Of a stretch of 60,553 nt of DNA, positions 55,085 through 60,553 are shown one piece after another. How positions within the stretch are numbered: the stretch's first letter is position 1; each line of letters starts with the position of its first letter. Below the pieces are notes generated by a model. The model was not told where the DNA came from. It saw nothing but the letters and a program-made list of their open reading frames with translations, and did not search any database. Origin of the DNA: Flavobacteriales bacterium. Its GTDB lineage: Bacteria > Bacteroidota > Bacteroidia > Flavobacteriales_F > PHOS-HE28. The stretch spans positions 1 through 60,553 of the forward strand of contig JAEUTB010000197.1 of the NCBI GenBank assembly GCA_016787995.1, written 5' to 3'. The translations under genes were made by a program, and so were the position numbers.

Positions 55085-55472
55085 TGGTTATCCAAGCCCC
55101 GATGATGGCTTGCAGCGCCTTCTGTTTCGTTTTGATGTCGGTCGAGTCCTTGAAGGTGATCTGCCCGCGGTCGTTGCCGAGCCATTTGATCAGGCTTTGC
55201 GGATCGGCGATGCGATCCTTCAAAACGATGCCTTTCGCTTTGGCGCCCGCGTGCAGGATGATCATCGGTTCCTTGATGTGTTTCGGGCCGTTCAGCGTAG
55301 CGAACCACTCACCGGTCTTGAAGCTCGCCGTGTTCCACTTCACGCCTTCCTCGATCGACTTGTCTACGCCCAGAATGATGGTGCGCAACTGATCGATCTC
55401 CCTCCGCAAAGGATGCTTGTTCGCATCCAGCAAGGCGCTCACGACGGGGTCGAACCGAACCATGGAACTCAC
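55074..55472 (-). CDS. DUF1801 family protein
   Basis: NKHPLRREIDQLRTIILG ... IKWLGNDRGQITFKD is YdhG/DUF1801-like. Confidence 0.78.
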   Translation of the reverse strand: MSSMVRFDPVVSALLDANKHPLRREIDQLRTIILGVDKSIEEGVKWNTASFKTGEWFATLNGPKHIKEPMIILHAGAKAKGIVLKDRIADPQSLIKWLGNDRGQITFKDSTDIKTKQKALQAIIGAWITTIR

Positions 55473-55888
55473 TGTTTTTCAGCGTAAGCCTTGAAACGAT
55501 CGAGGATCGCCTGCCAGCCGCCGCGCTGCATCTCCACGGGATTCTGCGATTCGGCATCGAAGGATTCCGCCACGCGGGTGCCACCGTTCTCTTCGGTGAA
55601 AAGGATCTCACAGCTGCGGCCATCGGCCATGGTGTAGGCGATGCGCTTGTGCGTTTGCACATCGTCGTACACGCCTTCGAAGTCGAAGCTGAAACTGCCG
55701 TCGCGGGCGGCCATCGTGCTGCTGAACTTGCCACCGGTGCGCAGGTCGTTCTCCGCTTTGGGGCAGTGCCAGTCATCCGTGGCGGCGTTCCATTGCATGA
55801 TGTGCTTCGGGTCGGTCCAGGTGTTCCATACGTCCGCCACGGGTTTGTTCACGAGTGCGGAGACGGTGATGCGGGTCATGGTGCTCAT
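55469..55888 (-). CDS. SRPBCC superfamily protein, AHSA1 type, paralogue 3
   Basis: ITVSALVNKPVADVWNTWTDPKHIMQW. ATGA overlap with the downstream DUF1801 gene. Confidence 0.85.
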   Translation of the reverse strand: MSTMTRITVSALVNKPVADVWNTWTDPKHIMQWNAATDDWHCPKAENDLRTGGKFSSTMAARDGSFSFDFEGVYDDVQTHKRIAYTMADGRSCEILFTEENGGTRVAESFDAESQNPVEMQRGGWQAILDRFKAYAEKQ

Positions 55889-55919
55889 GGTCTTGGTTCG
55901 TTGGGGTTGATGTGCGGGA

Positions 55920-56315
55920 CTAGTCGATGGCTTCGATGCCTTGTTGCCGCAGGCGCTCGATGTTGTCTTTCATGGCTTGCAACTGTTCCGGCGCGTGCCC
56001 TTTCCATTCCGCCACCTCACCGAGGACACGCAAGGCAGCCTTGGTGCGATAGGACTTGGTGGGGTTCCCGGGGAACTTCTTGTCCGTCAGGTTCGGGTCG
56101 TCCTCGTAGGTGCCCGTGGGCTCCACGATGTAGATGCGTTCGCGACCATCACCTGCGGCCAGTTCAGCACCCCAGATCGCCGCATCCAGCGTTGCGCTGA
56201 AGTACACGTGGTTCGCTGCTTTCCGTTGGCCGTAGTTGGAACTGTAGCCCGGTGCGAGCGAATCGCCAATGCGGAGATCGGCCCTGGTGCCGTGGTAGAA
56301 CGTTTCTTTTTCCAT
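55920..56315 (-). CDS. arr: NAD(+)-rifamycin ADP-ribosyltransferase (Arr family)
   Basis: FYHGTRADLRIGDSLAPGYSSNY ... HVYFSATLDAAIWGAELA ... RIYIVEPTGTYEDDPNLTDKKFPGNPTKSYR match Arr signatures almost throughout its 131 aa. Confidence 0.9.
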   Translation of the reverse strand: MEKETFYHGTRADLRIGDSLAPGYSSNYGQRKAANHVYFSATLDAAIWGAELAAGDGRERIYIVEPTGTYEDDPNLTDKKFPGNPTKSYRTKAALRVLGEVAEWKGHAPEQLQAMKDNIERLRQQGIEAID

Positions 56316-56330
56316 GGGTGATGGTAAAAG

Positions 56331-56831
56331 CTACTTGCTGGTAGTAAGCAGTTCGTCCAGTTGATCCAGCCCCATCGTGAATCCTTCCTTGAAGCCCATG
56401 GCCACGATCTGTTCGAGGTCTTGCGCTGAAGCGAAGTGCAGAAGAACGCGGACCACGGTGCGCCCATCGGACGCGTTGAAGTGCGCTTCCCAGGTCACTT
56501 TCGGTTTGATGGTGTTCGCCACACCGTGCTCATCGCAGAACGCGTCGCTGCCGGAGAAGTACGACTTGGGCCGGATGGTCGCGTAATCGAAATAGCACCA
56601 GTGCCGATCGCCTTGCGGGCCTTGCATGTAGTAGAGCCAGCGTCCGCCCTCGCGGAAGTCCAGCGACTTGATCACGCACTCGTAGGGTCGTGGTGCCCAC
56701 CATTTGCAGAGGACCTCAGCCTCCGTCCATGCGGCCCACACGGGATCGAGCGGTGCGTTGAAGGAGCGCTCCACCGTGATGGAATTCGCGTCCTTCTCCA
56801 CGATGAAATTGAAGAGGGCCTGTTGGGTCAT
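56331..56831 (-). CDS. SRPBCC superfamily protein, AHSA1 type, paralogue 2
   Basis: ITVERSFNAPLDPVWAAWTEAEVLCKWWAPRPY. Confidence 0.85.
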   Translation of the reverse strand: MTQQALFNFIVEKDANSITVERSFNAPLDPVWAAWTEAEVLCKWWAPRPYECVIKSLDFREGGRWLYYMQGPQGDRHWCYFDYATIRPKSYFSGSDAFCDEHGVANTIKPKVTWEAHFNASDGRTVVRVLLHFASAQDLEQIVAMGFKEGFTMGLDQLDELLTTSK

Positions 56832-56834
56832 GGC

Positions 56835-57308
56835 TCAGCGTGTTGGTTGTTTTTGAACGTATTCAGAAAGGCGCGTCAGGGTCTGTTTGCCGCCCTCGGC
56901 CGCGCCGTAGTTCTCGATCGCTTGATCACGCACGTCCTTCGATTGGAACACATTGTGAAGTGTCACCAGCGTGCCGCCTTCCACATCGGTGAAACTGAGC
57001 GAGCCGGTGAACATTTTCGGGTTCTCCCAGTCGCCGTGGTCGTACGCCAGCCGGTCCATCGGCGTGACTTCCGTGTAGGTGATCAGATTGGGCCAGACCT
57101 TCCCATCGGGCCCCGTCATGGTGTATTTCCATACCCCGCCCACGCGCAGGTCGTGCGCGATGGTCTTGTTGGCAAATCCGTTAGGACCCCACCATTGGTC
57201 GATGTGCTTCGGCTCGGTACACGCCATCCACACCAAGGCACGCGGCGCTTTCACCACGCGCGTGATCTCGATCCCGCGATCGCCCACCAGCTTACTTGTT
57301 GCTTCCAT
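56835..57308 (-). CDS. SRPBCC superfamily protein, AHSA1 type, paralogue 1
   Basis: IEITRVVKAPRALVWMACTEPKHIDQWWGPNGF. The start overlaps the arsR-type gene by 17 nt. Confidence 0.85.
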   Translation of the reverse strand: MEATSKLVGDRGIEITRVVKAPRALVWMACTEPKHIDQWWGPNGFANKTIAHDLRVGGVWKYTMTGPDGKVWPNLITYTEVTPMDRLAYDHGDWENPKMFTGSLSFTDVEGGTLVTLHNVFQSKDVRDQAIENYGAAEGGKQTLTRLSEYVQKQPTR

Positions 57309-57669
57309 TCTTCTTGCGTTTGGGCGTTGCCTTCACCGGTGCCGGTTTCTCCTGCGCTTGCAGTTCCTTCAGGTATTCCTCCAGCCGGTCGAAGCGCTCT
57401 TCCCAGAACTGGCGGTACTGCTCCATCCAATCCGTGGCTTCCTTCAGCGGTGCCGCCTTGATCTCGCATGGCCGCCATTGCGCCTCTTTGCCACGGGCGA
57501 TCAGCTGTGCGCGCTCGAGCACCTTCAAGTGTTTGCTCACAGCGGGCAGGCTCATGCTGAAGGGCGCAGCCAGTTCGTTCACCGAAGCCGGACCGCTCGA
57601 AAGCCGCGCCAGAATGGCCCTGCGCGTGGGGTCGGCAAGAGCGGAGAAGGTGAGCGAGAGGCGGTCCAT
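57292..57669 (-). CDS. ArsR/SmtB family transcriptional regulator (first gene of the super-operon)
   Basis: FSALADPTRRAILARLSSGPASVNELAAPFSMSLPAVSKHLKVLERAQLI is a winged-HTH of ArsR type. A C-terminal helical extension is common in SRPBCC-associated ArsR proteins. Confidence 0.9.
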   Translation of the reverse strand: MDRLSLTFSALADPTRRAILARLSSGPASVNELAAPFSMSLPAVSKHLKVLERAQLIARGKEAQWRPCEIKAAPLKEATDWMEQYRQFWEERFDRLEEYLKELQAQEKPAPVKATPKRKKNGSNK

Positions 57670-57692
57670 GGACGTGTTGAGTGGGCAAACAT

Positions 57693-57712
57693 AATTAACC
57701 GTTCAGTTAAAT
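57693..57712. promoter_or_regulatory. Inverted repeat aaTTAAC-cgttca-GTTAAat in the arsR/osmC divergent region (putative ArsR operator)
   Basis: Read directly. A perfect 5-bp core (6 of 7 when extended) lies 24 nt upstream of the arsR-type ATG. Confidence 0.4.
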
Positions 57713-57836
57713 ACAAATTCCCTCGTTCTTCTTTACTGATGGTATCTGGATGGCACCCGTCCGGTCGAAGTGGGTCACGGACCTATCTGCGGCAACGGCA
57801 GGGACTACCTTCGCACCTTAACCAGATAGAGACATC

Positions 57837-58277
57837 ATGGCCATCAACCGCAAAGCGACCGCCACTTGGAAAGGGACCGGCAAAGAAGGAGCCGGGAGTG
57901 TAACCACCATGAGCGGTGCATTGAACGACCTACCCCACTCTTTCCTCACGCGTTTCGTCAGTGAGGATGGCAAGGCCGGCACCAATCCCGAGGAATTGAT
58001 CGCCGCGGCACACGCGAGTTGTTTCACCATGAAGTTGAGCTTCGTGTTAAACGCGGCTGGCTTCACCGCGGACAACTTGGAATGCACCGCCACCGTGAAA
58101 ATGGACAAGGTGGGTGATGGCATGGGCGTAGTCGGCATTCACCTGGATCTGAAAGGCACGGTACCAGGTATCACCGCGGAAAAGTTCAAGTCCTGCGCAG
58201 AGGAAGCGAAGGCCAATTGCCCCATCAGCCAGTTGCTTAAGAGCGTGCCCATCACAATGAGCGCAGTGCTCGCTTAG
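57837..58277 (+). CDS. osmC: OsmC family peroxiredoxin
   Basis: TATWKGTGKEGAGSV ... NPEELIAAAHASCFTM ... ANCPISQ match canonical OsmC. Confidence 0.9.
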   Translation: MAINRKATATWKGTGKEGAGSVTTMSGALNDLPHSFLTRFVSEDGKAGTNPEELIAAAHASCFTMKLSFVLNAAGFTADNLECTATVKMDKVGDGMGVVGIHLDLKGTVPGITAEKFKSCAEEAKANCPISQLLKSVPITMSAVLA

Positions 58278-58304
58278 GTTCCGCGCGTTCCTACCCTATC
58301 CGGA

Positions 58305-59318
58305 ATGTTGCGCACGCTACCCGTGGAGGAATGGCTCGCCATGGATCCGCCCATCATCGATGTGCGATCACCGGGCGAGTTCGAGCGAGGCCACATTCCC
58401 GGTGCGACCAATGTGCCCCTTTTCACCAACGAAGAACGCGCCATCGTTGGCACACTTTACAAGCAAAAGGGCCGTGACGCAGCCTTGTTGGAAGGTCTCC
58501 GGTTGGTAGGGCCAAAGCTTGCCTGGTTGGTGGAGGAAGCTCAACGCCTAGCTCCTACTGGCCGTATTCGCGTGCATTGCTGGCGTGGCGGTGAACGCAG
58601 CGGCAGCGTAGGCTGGTTATTGGACAAAGCCGGCTTCGTTGAGGTCCTCACGCTGAAGCGAGGCTACAAGGGATTCCGAACGCATGCGCAAGCGACGCTC
58701 AAGAGCCCTTTCATATTGAAGGTACTCGGTGGCTACACCGGAAGCGGAAAAACCGGAATACTGAAGCACCTCGAAACATGCGGCGCGCAGGTGGTCGATC
58801 TCGAAGCACTAGCGGATCACAAGGGCTCGGCCTTCGGTGCGCTTGGCCAGCTTCCACAACCCACCACGGAACACTTCGAGAACAGGCTTTGGTCAGCACT
58901 AGCCGCTCTCGATCCCTTGCGTCCGATATGGGTGGAAGATGAAAGTGCGATGATCGGACGCGTGAATGTGCCAGGCACTTTCTTCGCGGCGATGCGCGCT
59001 GCTCCCCTCTACTTCGTTGAAGTGTCAATTGAGGAACGTGCGAAGCGATTAGTACAGCACTATGGGCACTTCCCCAAAGAACAACTTGCCGAAGCGATCC
59101 AGCGCATCGCCAAGCGCATGGGACCTCAGCATTGCAAGAACGCCCTTCTGGCGTTGGACGAAGGTGATCTGGAACAGGTGGCCTTGCTCGCCCTTCGGTA
59201 TTATGACAAGGCCTATCTCCATGGTGCATCGCTGCGGGACCCGATGCGTGTGGTCAAGTTGGCGGCCACCGCGAACGACCCCGAAGCCCTGGCTCGCCAA
59301 TTGATCTCACTCCCATGA
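58305..59318 (+). CDS. selU: tRNA 2-selenouridine(34) synthase
   Basis: Rhodanese domain (IIDVRSPGEFERGHIPGATNVPL ... VHCWRGGERS) followed by a P-loop (GGYTGSGKT). Confidence 0.9.
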   Translation: MLRTLPVEEWLAMDPPIIDVRSPGEFERGHIPGATNVPLFTNEERAIVGTLYKQKGRDAALLEGLRLVGPKLAWLVEEAQRLAPTGRIRVHCWRGGERSGSVGWLLDKAGFVEVLTLKRGYKGFRTHAQATLKSPFILKVLGGYTGSGKTGILKHLETCGAQVVDLEALADHKGSAFGALGQLPQPTTEHFENRLWSALAALDPLRPIWVEDESAMIGRVNVPGTFFAAMRAAPLYFVEVSIEERAKRLVQHYGHFPKEQLAEAIQRIAKRMGPQHCKNALLALDEGDLEQVALLALRYYDKAYLHGASLRDPMRVVKLAATANDPEALARQLISLP

Positions 59319-60361
59319 CGATCGCCTCCGACCCCATTCGACTTACACAGTTCAGTCATGGCGCAGGTTGTGGCTGCAAGATAGCTCCGGCCCAATTGGA
59401 GGTCATTCTGAAAAGCAGCGCTGGTACGTTCCCTGACCCCGCGTTGCTCGTAGGCTATGGATCGCGCGATGATGCCGCCGTCTACTCCATTGGTGATGGT
59501 CGCTGCATCATCAGCACCACCGATTTCTTCTCACCGATCGTCGATGCCCCCCATGACTTCGGCCGGATCGCGGCCACGAACGCGCTGAGCGACGTGTATG
59601 CGATGGGTGGAAAACCCCTCTTGGCCGTAGCGATCCTCGGATGGCCTATTGAGAAACTGCCCGCGGAAGTGGCTCAACAAGTCCTCGAAGGCGGCCGTAG
59701 ATCCTGCCACGAAGCTGGCATCGCCTTGGCAGGGGGGCATAGCATCGATGCTCCTGAACCCTTCTTCGGCCTTGCTGTAACGGGTGAAGTCCTTCAAAAG
59801 GATCTGAAACGGAATGACACGGCCCATGAAGGCGACCTGCTATACCAGACCAAACCCATCGGTACGGGGATACTCAGCACCGCACTGAAGAGAGGTCTTC
59901 TATCGCCAAGGGATTCCCAGGAACTCCTGGATACGATGGTACGACCCAACGTGCTGGGCTATGACCTGGGTAGGATGCCCGCCGTGCATGCCCTCACGGA
60001 TGTGACCGGGTTCGGACTGCTCGGTCATCTGCTCGAGATGTGCGGTGAGCGCCTCCATGTTGAATTGGATCACACGGCAGTACCGAAATTGCAGGCTGCT
60101 TCGGGGCTCATCGCTCAAGGCTGTTATCCTGATGGTGCATTGCGCAATTGGAAGAGCTATGCCCACCATGTAGAAGGTGCATCGACCATGGAACGGTTGT
60201 TCTTGCTCGCCGATCCACAGACCAGTGGAGGCCTCCTGATCGCGGTGGCCCCAACGGGCAAGTCAGCCCTGGAGGAACTCTTGCAGTTCCATGGTCTGCC
60301 ATCCGGACCGATCGGGAAGTTCACCGCACCGGATGCTCGCCCACGGATACAGGTGATCTAG
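59315..60361 (+). CDS. selD: Selenide, water dikinase (Cys-type)
   Basis: LTQFSHGAGCGCKIAP ... DDAAVY ... TTDFF match the canonical SelD motifs. ATGA overlap with selU. Confidence 0.95.
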   Translation: MTIASDPIRLTQFSHGAGCGCKIAPAQLEVILKSSAGTFPDPALLVGYGSRDDAAVYSIGDGRCIISTTDFFSPIVDAPHDFGRIAATNALSDVYAMGGKPLLAVAILGWPIEKLPAEVAQQVLEGGRRSCHEAGIALAGGHSIDAPEPFFGLAVTGEVLQKDLKRNDTAHEGDLLYQTKPIGTGILSTALKRGLLSPRDSQELLDTMVRPNVLGYDLGRMPAVHALTDVTGFGLLGHLLEMCGERLHVELDHTAVPKLQAASGLIAQGCYPDGALRNWKSYAHHVEGASTMERLFLLADPQTSGGLLIAVAPTGKSALEELLQFHGLPSGPIGKFTAPDARPRIQVI

Positions 60362-60394
60362 GCATAATCGGATTATTACAGCGACATTTGCTGC

Positions 60395-60418
60395 GATGGC
60401 ATATCGCCATCTTATATG
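60395..60418 (+). terminator. Possible terminator after selD
   Basis: gatggc-atatc-gccatc followed by ttatatg. The stem is short, so the call is weak. Confidence 0.3.
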
Positions 60419-60441
60419 CTCCACGTAACCCATACGGTAAA

Positions 60442-60553
60442 ATGGCCAACGAAAGACTCGGTGCGAAGAACATCGAACTGCTCCTGAACCAATACCGCTC
60501 CGAGCGGAAACGGTTGATCTTCCAATTGAACAAGGTGCGCGACACCATCGTTC
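60442..60553 (+). CDS. 5' end of a hypothetical gene running off the window
   Basis: ATG at 60442 opens MANERLGAKNIELLLNQYRSERKRLIFQLNKVRDTIV with no stop before the window end. It looks more protein-like than the opposite-strand ORF 60321..60548. Confidence 0.3.
   Translation, partial: MANERLGAKNIELLLNQYRSERKRLIFQLNKVRDTIV

Noticed and set aside
56436-57461. 341-aa plus-strand ORF across three genes of the super-operon
   Set aside because: It is antisense to two AHSA1-type genes and the ArsR gene, all of which carry clear motifs. Its sequence is Arg/Pro/His-rich.
47334-57669. Super-operon as self-resistance genes of a natural-product biosynthetic cluster
   Set aside because: No PKS, NRPS, terpene, RiPP or tailoring genes lie on either side within the window. 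The flanks are yaaA/CPBP on one side and osmC/selU/selD on the other.
60321-60548. 75-aa minus-strand ORF at the window end
   Set aside because: The sequence is non-protein-like (MVSRTLFNWKINRFRSERYWFRSSS...), and it overlaps the selD 3' end. The plus-strand ORF starting at 60442 looks more plausible.
1-60553. Search for rRNA, tRNA, tmRNA, CRISPR arrays, integrases, transposases and prophage genes
   Set aside because: I found no tRNA-like T-arm or acceptor patterns in the intergenic regions I read, no regularly spaced repeats, and no ORF with recombinase or transposase motifs. Small ncRNAs cannot be excluded without covariance-model searches.

Overview
This 60.5 kb window reads as a gene-dense chromosomal segment from a high-GC member of the Bacteroidota. 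That assignment is an inference from a T9SS C-terminal sorting domain, many LxxC lipoproteins, TonB/LolA/OmpA-type envelope genes and A/C-rich leaders without a Shine-Dalgarno sequence. I support about 70 protein-coding genes.

**Housekeeping genes:** rny, zapA, ffh, folD, gcvT, selD and selU/mnmH.

**Envelope and polysaccharide genes:** a WbpP-like epimerase, a CapD/WbpM-like dehydratase, a GT4 glycosyltransferase, a GT-C-like membrane protein and WbqC.

**Regulation:** one sensor kinase/NarL-type response regulator pair.

**Accessory-looking regions:**
- 45.1-47.2 kb holds an SdpR-SdpI-CPBP immunity-type cassette with no toxin gene in the window. A degenerate CPBP-like remnant carrying two in-frame TAG codons lies next to it.
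- 48.2-57.7 kb holds an ArsR-headed, 18-gene, single-strand super-operon, with yaaA directly downstream. Seven SRPBCC paralogues (six AHSA1-type) are interleaved with genotoxin- and antibiotic-resistance-type genes: AlkD-like and YcaQ/AlkZ-like DNA glycosylases, a GyrI-like protein, two VOC proteins and Arr rifamycin ADP-ribosyltransferase. DUF1801, DUF1428 and DoxX genes are also present. A short GATC-rich repeat family punctuates the operon at three internal gene junctions. I consider this the best candidate for an undescribed system.

I recognised no rRNA, tRNA, CRISPR array, transposase or integrase.

All family calls come from motif recognition by eye; no database search was run. Many long ORFs in the track are antisense artefacts of GC-rich coding sequence.
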